A stretch of DNA of 64,000 bases from Mobula hypostoma (Eukaryota): the NCBI RefSeq assembly GCF_963921235.1, contig NC_086097.1, forward strand, positions 122,142,001 through 122,206,000. The letters run 5' to 3'. Under the pieces are notes generated by a model, which was given only the letters and a program-made list of their open reading frames with translations, was not told the DNA's origin and did not search any database. This document shows, in pieces, positions 23,906 to 35,110 of this stretch (position 1 is the first letter of the stretch; every line of letters starts with the position of its first letter). The position numbers were made by a program, and so were the translations under genes.

Positions 23906-24193
23906 GTCTATGCCCCTCACGATCTTCAAAGTACATTTACTATCAAAGTATGTGTACTTTATACAACCTTGAGATTTGCCACAAAACAAAGAAACCCAAA
24001 AGAACCCATATAAAAAAGACAGTCGAACACCCTACATGCACAGAGAACAAAACCATCATACAAGAAATACCACAAGTAAATAGTGTTCTGAACTTGAAGT
24101 CCAGAGAGTTCTATAGTTCAGTGGTTCAGTGTAGAGCTGAATTTGGAGCTGCAATCTGAACCAGCCTGTCCCTCGCCTTGGGCCCCAAGACGC

Positions 24194-24425
24194 TGACCTT
24201 TCAATCTGGCTCTACGCCTGAATCTCCATACAAACATTCGGCTCACCCACCTCGATACGCTCTAAGGCCAGGACCTCACTGTTTTGACTCGGCCTGTAAC
24301 TGACCACTCATATTCGGTACACTGCTTAAGTTTCCATCCAAACATCGAGTTCACTCACTTCGATAAGCTCCAGTGTCTGGATACTGCTGCCATGATTTAG
24401 CCTGTAACCGACCTCTCCGATATCT
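24194..24425. repeat. Diverged tandem repeat, about 107-bp unit, about 2.2 copies
   Basis: Units start tgacc or cgacc at 24194, 24301 and 24409. They share tccat.caaacat, tcac.cac.tcgata.gctc and gcctgtaac. Confidence 0.7.
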
Positions 24426-24439
24426 CTGTCTCTGTCAGG

Positions 24440-25745
24440 TCACTCTGCAATGTCCTATGTTCCAGAGAATACAGTCTTAGTCTACACAACCTCCTCCAAG
24501 AGGACCACAACCTTGTTGTGGTTTGGAGGCTTGCATACCTCAATGACCCGGAGAGCGATAGTGGCTGGAGTCAGGGCTTTACGCTTTGGTTCTTGTTAGG
24601 GTCACCCATGCCAAGCAGGTCAAAAAGTAGAGGACAGACTAAGATGGTCCCCCGGTTCTCCAGCATCTTGGATTCAGCTCAGGGCTAACAACCGACTGGT
24701 AAAATTGTTACAGAAACAGCAATGAAGAATCCTTCTACATCTACGTGCAATGGTATTCCTGAATCTCCGCCCAGGACTTGCGTGACTGACAGTAGTGAAA
24801 ACCAAGAGGAAGTTACTGACACGATACAGGAAGCTCTGAACACTGCCCCAGATGGAGGACCTTCATTGCTGTCTTAAACACCAGTGGTGTAATGGGTAGT
24901 AATGCTACACAACCTTGCCTAGTAATTCAGCACCCCAACTTTAGTCAACAGCCTGTAAATATTTGCTGCACTCTTTCAAGTTTAATAACATCCTTTCCAG
25001 AACAGACTGAATAAAACTATACAAAATACTCCAAGTATAACCTCGCCACCATTTTATATAACTGAAATATGTATTGCTAATCTTCATACTTAGTGCCCTG
25101 ATTGATGAAGGCCAGCATGCCATATGTTTTCTTCACTACTACTCCGTCATTCAACTTTCAGTGAACTATGCACTTGGACTCTTAGGTCCCTTTGTTCTCC
25201 AACACTTTCCAGCACCTTACCATTCATTGCATAAGTTCTACCCTGGTTTGACCTCCCAAAATGCAATACCTCTACTACTAGCCAATTCTCAGACCAAATA
25301 CATAGTTGATCAAGATCTCCCTGTAACTTTTGATAATCTTCTACACCATCTCTTCTAGTATCATCTGCAAACTTACTACCATGTCTTTTGCATTTACATC
25401 CAACTTGTTTATATAAAATTACAAACAACAAAGGTCCTAGCACCGAACCTTATGGCACATCACTAGAAACAGGTCTTCAGTCCAAGAAACAAACTTTGTC
25501 CCTCACCCTCTTCTTCTGACTCTTGAGCTAATAATGAATCCAATCTGTTATCCCCCCCTCCCCTCCCCATGTTGGATCCCATGCAATATAACCTTCTGGA
25601 CTAGCCTGTCATGAGGGACCTTGTCAAAAGCCTTGCTAAAGTCCTTACAGACAAGATCCACTGCCCTACTCTCATCTACCCTCTTGGCTATCTGCTCAAA
25701 GAGATCCAAGAGATTTGTCAGAGATGAATTCCCAAGCACAAAGTA
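24440..25745 (-). mobile_element. Degenerate CR1 RT fragment, interrupted by RTE derivative copy 2
   Basis: Peptides SSLTNLLDLFEQI..DFSKAFDKVPH, MLGPLLFVI and SKFADDTR. Confidence 0.8.
24493..24904 (+). mobile_element. Non-autonomous RTE-clade derivative, copy 2
   Basis: Colinear with 19956-20385 from the same 5' start (cctccaagagg). Perfect 11-bp TSD ctacacaacct at 24482-24492 and 24905-24915. Confidence 0.78.
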
Positions 25746-25949
25746 ATGTTCCCTCTCATTTAATTCTGGGGTCAATACTGAAGACCAAAGCTCAAAGGTT
25801 GGCTATAAGTCCTGATCAAAGCCTGAAGTTCAATTGGAAGCAAACGGCTGCTAACTTCCCTGCTGCTGCAGTACTCTGCCTCTGCCTTGAAACCTAGAAG
25901 GTCAGCTCTCCTCTACAGTTCATTCCAGTGTCCTCTTTCTTGCTCCAGC

Positions 25950-26355
25950 TTGGAACTGAACAAGTATTGTAAGTGGCGGCATGGGAAAGAGAGTGGCTGT
26001 GCAGATGGAGGAAGGGACCAGAGAGTAATGGTGAGAATGGTCCTTTTGGATTGCAAGGGGGAAGCAAGAGCTAGTGAAATCCTGTTAGCTGCGGAAAAAT
26101 GATGGATGACAGATCATGGAATAAAGAGGCTGGTGGAGTAAATGGTGAGTTCATGAGAAATCCTATCCATGTTCTGCTTGCAAGGAGAGCAAGAGCAGAG
26201 ATGTGGAAAACAGAGGAGATGCATTTGAGACCCTCATCGACAATGCTGGCAAAGCTATATCTAAGGAAGAAAGAGCACATATCAAAGACTCTGGAGTGGA
26301 AATTCTTTTCATCAGAGTAGATCTAATGGAAAAGAGGAAAATGGAGAACTGAATT
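25950..26355 (-). mobile_element. Degenerate Penelope-like ORF fragment (region downstream of the RT)
   Basis: The minus strand gives IYSDEKNFHSRVFDMCSFFLR..ISSVFHISAL, resembling the Penelope-like consensus RICS.DE.FHSR.SEM.SFF..RGF. Confidence 0.55.
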
Positions 26356-26469
26356 TAAGGTCTAGAGTTCAGGTCCCATCATTGGTGAGTTCAGCAGTTG
26401 AGGTCTGAATTTCAGGTCTCATTCATCATCATTGGCTAGTCCAGGGTCGATTCTGAAGATCATGGCACA

Positions 26470-27398
26470 AACGTCTCTGACCAGGTCATTTAACTCAGAT
26501 TAAGTTATCAGATGAGGCTCACTCGACATAAAGGCTTAAAAATCTGTATCAGTATCAGTGTCGATTTCCATTCCCGGCTCTTGCATCATGGCATCTTCGT
26601 CTGCCTCCACTAGACTCTATGTATTCAGTACTTTAAAACTATCATTATGTGGCATAGGTCTCAAGGCTGAAGGGAGATTGGGGTATTCAATAGATTCTTT
26701 GTTTTAGCAGAGAAACACTGGTCCAAAAGAAGTAGCAGTCTGTCACAATGTCCTTCTGCTCTCGCCATATTATTGGGACGGCAAACGGCATTGACTTCTG
26801 AGTACCTCTGAGCTAAGCTCTAAGATCAACAGTGCATGTTGCACAACAAATATGAGGAGCCCAGGCTTGGTCTTGGTCACCAATTTTACAACCACAGACT
26901 TTCTTAACAAGAAGAGTCACGCTCCGTCTTTGAGATTGAAGCATCTCCTCGCCACAAATATACAAATGTATTGCAGCTGTTGCAACATTGGGGAGGCATT
27001 TTGCTATCACAAGTACTACTGAAAATACAACTACTTTATTATAATGAGTACACACAATATGTGCGTACAGCAAGTGCATCAATGTGATCACAAACCGGTA
27101 TATGTGTAAACGCATTGTATAGAATGGCGTGTGCCTGATGCTTTTATAGCCTTTCTAAACCCTGTCCACCCTGCCTAAGTATGCCCAGGCATGCCTGGAC
27201 AAGATAGACAACCTTTCAGCTTATATTGTGGGCAACATTTTAATTGACTTGAATTATGAATTGTAATAACAAATACAGGCAACTTCAAGAAACTGGTGCT
27301 TGATAGGGAAATTTGATGGTGATTTTCATGATCAGCAACCCATAATCCATATAGTACACTCAAAAGTGTTTAGGAAGCAACATCTTTGTTGTCCACTG
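26470..27398 (-). mobile_element. Chapaev3-like (CMC superfamily) transposon, 5' fragment
   Basis: Minus-strand peptides YICGE..LQSQRRSVTLLVKK..GCKIGDQDQAWAPHICCATC, KSMPFAVPIIWREQKDIVTDCYF, IEYPNLPSALRPMPH and EPHLIT*SELNDLVRD. The terminus ...tttgttgtccactg is followed by TTA. Confidence 0.8.
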
Positions 27399-27401
27399 TT
27401 A

Positions 27402-27762
27402 TTAGTGCTAGATGGGGTGGTTTGATTACCTCAGACTGCTGATCTCCTACAAGCAGTCATTACAGTTTACACAGAATGGAGTGAAAAACAAAAAAAAAAA
27501 CATCCAGTGAGCAGCAGTAGAATGGAAATGCTTTGTTAATGAGAGAGGTCTGAGGAGATGGCCAGAATGATTCAAGCTGACAGGATGGTGACAGTAACTC
27601 AAATAGCCACAAGTTACAATAGTGGTGTGGAGAAGAACATCTCAGAACCCACAACACCTTGAACTCTGAATTGCATGTGAAACTGCGGAAGACCATGACC
27701 TTACAGTGGGTGGCCACTTTATTAGGTACAGGAGGTACCTAGTAAAGTAGCCACTGAGTGTA
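27402..27762 (+). mobile_element. Tc1-derived non-autonomous element, partial
   Basis: Homologous to 31328-31746. Ends in the hairpin gtggccactttattaggtac-aggag-gtacctagtaaagtagccac, then tgagtg and TA. Confidence 0.75.
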
Positions 27763-27849
27763 GATTCGACTTTGACTGAGTGATGGAGTTGAAGAATTTG
27801 TTCAATACATTAAGGTACACAGCCAGTGGTAATGGAAGGAGGCTTGTGC

Positions 27850-28080
27850 TTCCATTAAATGAAGGTGTGAAGGGTCCTCAGAATATGATGGAGGTGTAGA
27901 GGGATTGGACATCCATGTAAAGGTGGGTCATTTTGGACGAGGAAATTGCAAAATGTCAAAGTGGTAGAAAGCACCAAAATGTGTGATAAATTTAAGTGGA
28001 AGAGGGTGGGGCAGGGAGAGAAAGTAGAGTGAAGGTTAAAAGAAATAAGTTCTCTGAGGCAAGAGCAGGCCAGAACAATG
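27850..28080 (-). mobile_element. Degenerate Penelope-like RT fragment
   Basis: The reverse complement of about 27885-27920 encodes MDVQSLYTSI, matching the Penelope-like RT motif DV.SLYT. Confidence 0.55.
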
Positions 28081-28261
28081 GACCTACAAGAAAATGGCAC
28101 ATGTAGAAAAAGAAACAGAGTTACTTGTTACACATCAAAGATCTCTTGTTAGACTTCAAGTTTGTCAAACTTCATTATCTGCAGTATTTTGTTGATCTAC
28201 CAGGTTTGATGTACACTGGGGGGGTGATGAGCCAGGGGGAGGTAGGAGGAGAGATTGAGAG

Positions 28262-28493
28262 TAACATACACAAAACGCTTGAGGAAATCAGGAGGTCAGG
28301 CAGCATCTACGGAGGGGATGAAAGAGCTCACAATTTGGGCCAAGAACCCTAATCAAGGGCCTTGATGAAAGGTCTCGGCCCGAAATGTCAACTCTTTATT
28401 CCTTTCCGTAGATGCTGCCTGAGCTGCTCAGTTCCTCCACCATTTTGTGGGTGTTGGTCTGGATTTACAACATCTGCAGAATCTCTTGTGTTT
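28262..28493. mobile_element. Inverted pair of Penelope-like terminal repeats
   Basis: The left arm (28262-28357, -) and right arm (28360-28493, +) meet at the near-palindrome atcaagggccttgat. Both carry decayed hammerhead sequence. Confidence 0.78.
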
Positions 28494-30426
28494 CGTGAGA
28501 TCAGTATCTATTCTCAAAGCTACCATGACACAGGCCTTCCAGTTTTAATGGACACCCTTAACCCAAATTACTGAGTCTCTTTCTCTCCACACTGATGCTG
28601 CTTAACCTGCTGACTGCTATCAGTCTTTTCTGTTTTTGTTTCATACTGTCTCGTGTTTTACAGTCAACTTTGCTTCATACTGGCAACTGATGGAGGTTGC
28701 AGCTTGCTTTTTGATGTATGAGACCTGGTGCGCTTCAGATCAAGCATGCCAAAACAGGAATACTATTAGCTTTTTGATTTAATACCTCCTGAAATCAGCT
28801 CTTCATCAAATTACTTAGTTCACTTAGCCCAATTATTAGAATACATTTTAGAGTAATATTCAAATTATTATCTCATGGCAATAAATTAAGCTTGTGAATA
28901 TATATTAACATGTTATTCATTATATCACTCCTTTCCCATATAATGAAACTGAACTTAAACAGCACCTTTCTGACAGTCTCAAAGCTCTTCATTGCTAATA
29001 ACGTCATTGACGAGCAGGCATAAGTGAGCCACCTTAAGAAAATACATCCACAGCAAACACGAATGAGTTCAATGTCCTTTTAGTTTGGAAGTGGATGCTA
29101 CGGTCTCCATGGAGATCATGGCTCAGACTTAGTTATTCTTTAAGGTCACGGGGATGGTTTTGTGGGCTGAGACAGGAGATGACAGTTGCGGCCTATCCCT
29201 AGTACATTCTTAGGTTGTGTAGGTTGTTTGCACAAACATTGCATTTCACTGTGTATGTTTCAATGTACATGTGACAAATAAATCCGAATTTGATGGATAA
29301 TATTTTTCAGGGCATTATGTGCACAAAGGTGTCTTATGGTTGTTACATGTAACTGAAGACATCTCAATCTAAGATTTAAAAGAAGGGAGACTTTGACAAT
29401 GCAACATTCACATTACACGTTATCTCACGGCTCCAGTTTCCAAATAGAATGCAGGAATTAATTCTCTTGCCAATTCCCACCCCTTGTTGAGGGAATTGAC
29501 TATGCTTCGGGGCCTGACCTGTAACTATTGAAGGGATCAGTCCTTTGAGGGGATTATCATTGGCTGTTGGCTACATTCTAATAGATTGCCTTTATGAACA
29601 CTGACACTGAATTTACATAGACTATTTACTTATATGGTCATTGAGAAGGAGCGATAATCTATCCTTGCCTGCAATAATGCAAAATTAAGTAGAAATAAAG
29701 ACCTGCATTCCAGATCAAAGCATACCATCCTCACCAAGGATCCATGCAGCTCCGGCCACTTCCACTTTTACCAGAGTTCAGAGAAGAAATTCAAATATAT
29801 ACCATCCTTCATTACTCCATTAAAATAGATTTTTAGTAGTCTGAAAGTGAGTACAAATATTAATTGAAGGAATGATGCTGCTTTGGAAACTAGACTGGTC
29901 ATTCTGATTGTTAATAACACCTGTTCCAGTGGCGCATTTTCTGTGTCAGACGCAGAGCTAATGGTGACACTTCCTGTGCAGTGCCAGAGAAATTAGTCCA
30001 TTCAGAGTAGAAATGGCCTAAACTGATTTGCCAGGCCCTCCTAAGGATAAGATTAGCTTAAGATTAGTTTTATTTTTCACATGTGCATCGAAACATTGGA
30101 TCATGCAAAGAAATATGTCATTTGCGTAAAATCAAATCAGCAAGAATTGAGGGCAGCGTTGTGTAGGGCATGCCCTTTTTCTCACTATTACCATCAAGGA
30201 GGAGGTACAGAATCCTGAAGGCATACACACAGCGATTCAAGAACAACTTATTCCCCTCTGCCATCCGATTCCTAAATAGACATTGAACCTGTGAACACTA
30301 CCTTGTTTTTTTAGTATATATTATTTCTGAATTTGCACAAATTTTAGTCTATTCAATATACCGTGATTGATTTACTTATTTATTTATATATGTATTATTA
30401 TTTTTTTCCTTCTATATTATGTATTG

Positions 30427-31230
30427 CAGGTGTCCCCAACCTTTTTTGCACCGTGGACCGGTTTAATATTGACGATATTCTTGCAGACTGGCCGACTGGG
30501 GGGGGGGGGGGGGGTTGTTCAAGTAGGGTTAAACTCACCTCAACATGTCTTTTACAGTTAGGGTTGCCAACTTTCTCACTCCCAAATAAGGGACAAAAGT
30601 AGCAGTCAAATCCCGGGACACTTTACCCCAGGAAAAACTACCATGACCACGAAGCCTTGTGCGGGCACCTGTGTGCGCATGCGTGACATGCACATGTGAT
30701 GTGTGCATTCGCATACGTGCCGATTTTTTCCCCACAAATCGGTTTTGTCTTCATCTTCCCGACTGCACTGTACATACATGATTTCTACTTTATAGAGGCT
30801 GTGTACTTACCATATCATTCCTGCTTTTACTATAAGTTAGTGTTATTTATTTTAGGTTTTATGTGTTATTTGATATGATTTGTTAGGTTATTTTTTGGGT
30901 CTGGGAACGCTCAAAAATTTTTCCCATATAAATTAATGGTAATTGCTTCTTCGCTTCACGCCATTTTGGCATGAAAGGTTTCATAAGAACGCTCTACCTT
31001 AGTGGGGGAAATACGGGACGAGGGTGGTCCCGTACAGGGCAAACCAATTTAGCCCAATATATGGGATGTCCCGGCAAATACGCGACAGTTGGCAACCCTA
31101 TGTTCAAGTTCAACAGTGCGTGACAGGGAATGAGGAAAGGTGCAGTTGACTCATATCGTTTCCTCACGGCCTGGTAGCACATGCTTTGCGGCCCGGTACC
31201 AGTCCGCGGCCTGGTGGTTGGGGACCGCTG
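30427..31230. mobile_element. Non-autonomous hAT (Charlie/MER1-like) element
   Basis: TIRs caggtgtccccaacc and ggttggggaccgctg. Perfect 8-bp TSD atgtattg at 30419-30426 and 31231-31238. Confidence 0.92.
30524..31100. mobile_element. Second hAT-type MITE nested inside the first
   Basis: Perfect 14-bp TIRs tagggttgccaact (30559-30572) and agttggcaacccta (31087-31100). 8-bp TSD tgttcaag at 30516-30523 and 31101-31108. Confidence 0.85.
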
Positions 31231-31327
31231 ATGTATTGCACTGAAATGCTGCTGCTAAGTTAACAAATTTGACGACACATGCCGGTGATAATACACCTGA
31301 TTAATATTTCAGTAATATTTGGGTTGT

Positions 31328-31746
31328 TCTTCAGACCAAACATCAGAATGGGGAAGAAATTTGATCTCAGTGACTCTGATTGTGGAATGTTTGCTGGTGC
31401 CAAACGGGGTGGTTTTAGTATCCCAGAAACTGCTGATCTCCTGGAACCTTCACGTACAATAGTCTCTGGAGTTTACAGGGAATGATGCGAAAAACAATAA
31501 GCATCCAGTGAACAACATCTCCCTGTTAATGGAGAGGTCAGAGAAGAATGGTCAGACTCGTTCAAACTGGTAGGAAAGTGACAGTAACTCAAATGATCAT
31601 ACATTACAACAGTGGTGTGCAGAACAGCATGTCTGAGTGCATAATCATGAAGTGAATGGGCTACAGCAGCGGGCGACCATGAACATATACTCAGTGGCCA
31701 CTTTATTAGGTATAGGAGGTAGCTGCTAAAGTGATCACTGTGTGTA
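31328..31746 (+). mobile_element. Tc1-derived non-autonomous element
   Basis: Encodes the Tc1 N-terminal HTH remnant MGKKFDLSDSDCGMFAGAKRGGFSIPETADLL..SRTIVSGVYRE. Terminal cagtggccactttattagg hairpin. Confidence 0.8.
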
Positions 31747-32894
31747 TTTTCCATTCCTTCATTCTGCCAATGGCCACAGTCCTCACTGAATTATGCCAGC
31801 AACACTTCCATTTCAAAGTTCTTATCCCTGATTTCAATTGGATTCTCTCATCCTATCTCTGTAGCCTGACAACCCTCCCCACCTTTAAGGACACCTTCAA
31901 GAGTTGGTGTCTGCAGATGGTGGCATCCATTACTAAAGGACCTCGCCATCCTGAAAATTCCTTCTTCTCTTCACTACCAGAAGGTGTAGGAGCCTGAAGA
32001 CCCACACTCAACGATTTAGCAAACAGATTTTTCACCTCCACCATCATATTTTTACCCATGAACACTACCTCATTATTCCTATAGTTTGCACTAGTTATTA
32101 TTTCAGTAATTGATAGCAATTTCTGTCTTTGCACTGTACAGCTGCTGCAAAGCATATTTCACATCAATTAAATCACAGATTCTAAAGTTTTACACACTTT
32201 CTGAGCCTTAGAAATGAGCTACCCTCTCCAGAGATCGAGATTTGGAACTCACGACTTATAAGGGTGGTGAAAACAAAATTATTCAGTGTCTTTTTACAGG
32301 ATTATATACATTTTCAATGAAGAGTCCTTTGTATGGAGCAAGAATAAGGAAAGGCACTGATAGGATTGTTCTGCTGGGAGCCAGCACAGATTAGATGGGT
32401 GAATGACCATCCATTTTATTGTTTGGGAGTATTCCGGAGTTAAGTGAATATAACAGATATTAATTCAAACAAGAACCAGTCTTCAGTTTTTAATGTAAAC
32501 TGCAAGCAGTTTTAAGTTAATAGCACATCTCTGCAAAAAAATAATATTTCTATGGAGCACAAGCTAGCTCACATTGGGGGCTGGATGCTAAGCAATATGC
32601 TTTGCAAAGTGAAATGACCATGAGGTGTTCTCTGTTGCAATGTAAGACAATGGGGTTAGGTTAATTGGCCTGCATCAAAAAAAACTGCAGGCTATTACTT
32701 ACAACATTGTACCTTGACTTCAAGCAGGCAGACCAGACTGATCTTGTGACTTAGCATATGAAACGCGGTCACAGGTACAGGCAATTAATTGCTGGTGTCT
32801 GGGATCTCTTTCCCCAGAAGCCTTTAGACCATCCACGTGAATTACTTTGGCCCAGCAAAGGTACCTAAACTTTATAGATAATTAATTCAAATGA

Positions 32895-33154
32895 GGGCCG
32901 GCTGGTGGCGTAGTGGCATCAGCGCTTGGACTGTGGGGCGGAGGTTCCGAGTTCGAATCCAGCCGGCTCCCCCCGGCACACTTTCCATCCGTGCGGGGTT
33001 AAGAGCTGGTGATCTCTTTGAAAAAAAAAACTCACCCGGCAGAAGGCAATGGCAAACCACTGCTGTAGCTTGCCTAGTACGCGATTTCCCACTACGTCAG
33101 AGCGGCGTGCGAGGAAGTCATCCGCTACCCGGAAAAATTCCGGATGCGACCTTC
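32895..33154 (+). mobile_element. Full-length tRNA-derived SINE with an RTE-like internal motif
   Basis: A box TGGCGTAGTGG, B box GTTCGAATCC, and internal agaaggcaatggcaaaccact. Perfect 11-bp TSD aattcaaatga at 32884-32894 and 33155-33165. CpG-rich. Confidence 0.9.
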
Positions 33155-34644
33155 AATTCAAATGAACCATTGTCAGTCCAAAGTGTTGAAGTAAACAATG
33201 TCATTGTAACTATTGAAATTGCATTGAATCACCTGCTAAATCTTGATCTTAAGAATACTAAAATGTGATGTTCTTTGAGTTTGCAAGACCCCACTGAAAG
33301 AGTCTCTAGAAGGATGCCTGCTTGTCATGATGAATAAAGACTTCTATATCAGCAGCTGCAGTGCCTCTGCAGTGAGGTAGATCATAGATCAATAAAATTC
33401 TACGCTTCAGTTGCTGCTTTACTTGCCCTACACCTTCTGCTGCACGGGCTCTAAAGCTTTGCAATTCAGTCCCTGAATCTCAGATTCATTTACTTATCAC
33501 ATGTACATCGTAACATACAGTGAGATGGGTCATTTGTGTTAACAAACAACACTCCTCGGGATTCCAGTGCAAACATAGCAAGCCCACAACATTCAGCAGA
33601 GCAGCACAGAACGCAACAAGCAACAAAACAGCAGAAGCATGACTGCAAGACCCAGCTGGGCATTAAGGGCTTAAAGTATCGCAGGTCTACCCCACCAGCG
33701 AATTGGTCATTGGTGGAGAAACTGAAGGAGCTGGACCTGGTGCTGTTCGTGCTGCTGCCTGCATCTAAGAGGTAGCGAGGGAGTCGGTGTGTGAAGGTGG
33801 CATGCAGCCTAACAGCGAGTGATCCGTCTTAGTTGCTTTTCTAGTGCAAGTCTGCAAGTCTGATTCACTGATTTATTGGCGGATGGTGGGGGAGCTGCAT
33901 GGGGTCGGTCGTAGTGAGGATTAGGCCTCAAGCAGAGGTGTTGTCTGTTTACAGCTGCCCGAGGAGAGGGGCGTCAGAGTAACTGCCCTCCACCAGAGGC
34001 AGCGTGGCGTGGCGTCCAAGCTGGAGTCAGAGCTGTTCCCCAGAATTTGCTTGGCAGAAGACAAGCTATATTTCGATTGATGGCAGACCACTGCAATGTT
34101 CATGGACCTGGGGTCTTGGACTATGTTTTTCAGTGTGACTGTATTTTACTTATTTCATATAAGTTTGCTATCTTGCGCGTGCTATATGTGCCTTGTGCTG
34201 TGCATGACTGTTGGCAACATGGTTTGAAATTGTCCCCGGAGTAACACTGTCTCATTTGGCTGTATTCATGGGTGTTCATGTATGGTTGAATGACAATTAA
34301 ATTAACTTGAACTTGAACTACTGTGAGGTCAAATTAACGTAAAAGCAAACCGATTTATTCTCGCAAGAATGAACACTAATAACTTCCTGAAGCAAACTTG
34401 ATTTGAAACTTAGATATTCTATATATAACTTGGATTAAGCTCAGTCCAATCCATGAAACAAGATAATTGTAAATGCCAAATTTAATTCCTAGATTCTCCC
34501 TTATTGTATAGAGATGAAATATGTAATTTAATTTAGTTTAAAATGGACTCATTCTCGCAACAATGGAAAATGAAGCCTATGCAAGAAAACACATCATTAA
34601 TATCTTAGCAGCCATATCTTGCTGAGGATAAATTTACCAAAAGA

Positions 34645-35110
34645 AATCCCTCTCACCATTGAGCACATCTACAAGATGCACTACCAATTAAAAGCAGCAT
34701 CTACCATCCAGGCCATGCTCTCTTCTCACTGCTGCCATTGGGAAGGAAATACTGGAGCCTTAGGTTCCATATCACCAGCTTCAGGAACAGTTATTACCCT
34801 TCAACCATCTGGCTCCTGAAACAGTGTGGATAACTTCACTCAGCTGAATGCTGATTCCACAACCAATCAACTCACTTTCAAAGTCTCTACAACACACCTT
34901 CTCAGTATTGTTAATTAATTTATTATATTGTTTATATATTTGCACACAGTCTTTTTTGCACATTGGTTGTTTGTCTGTCTTTGTGTGTAGTTCTTCACTG
35001 ATTCAATTGTATTTCTTTGTTCTACTGTGAATGCCTGCAAGAAAATGAATCTCAGAGTTGTATACGGTGACATATATGTACTTTGTTAATAAACTTACTG
35101 CGAACTTTGA
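34645..35110 (+). mobile_element. Rex1/Babar-like 3' fragment
   Basis: ccaggccatgctctcttctcactgctgcca...ttcaggaacagttattaccct, followed by the same UTR as 5700-5940 and 48780-49125. Confidence 0.7.

Larger units (their letters stand above)
30170..31300 (+). mobile_element. Rex1/Babar-like 3' end, split by a composite hAT element
   Basis: Remnant ALFSLLPSRRRYRILKAYTQRFKNNLFPSAIRFLN. The UTR rejoins across the TSD atgtattg. Confidence 0.7.

Noticed and set aside
24194..24425. CRISPR-like or prokaryotic system anywhere in the window
   Set aside because: There are no identical short repeats with unique spacers and no operons. The DNA is eukaryotic and intronic.
32895..32970. Genuine tRNA gene (also 3755-3828)
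   Set aside because: The A and B boxes run into a ~190-bp body bounded by a TSD, and I see no convincing cloverleaf. It is a SINE head.
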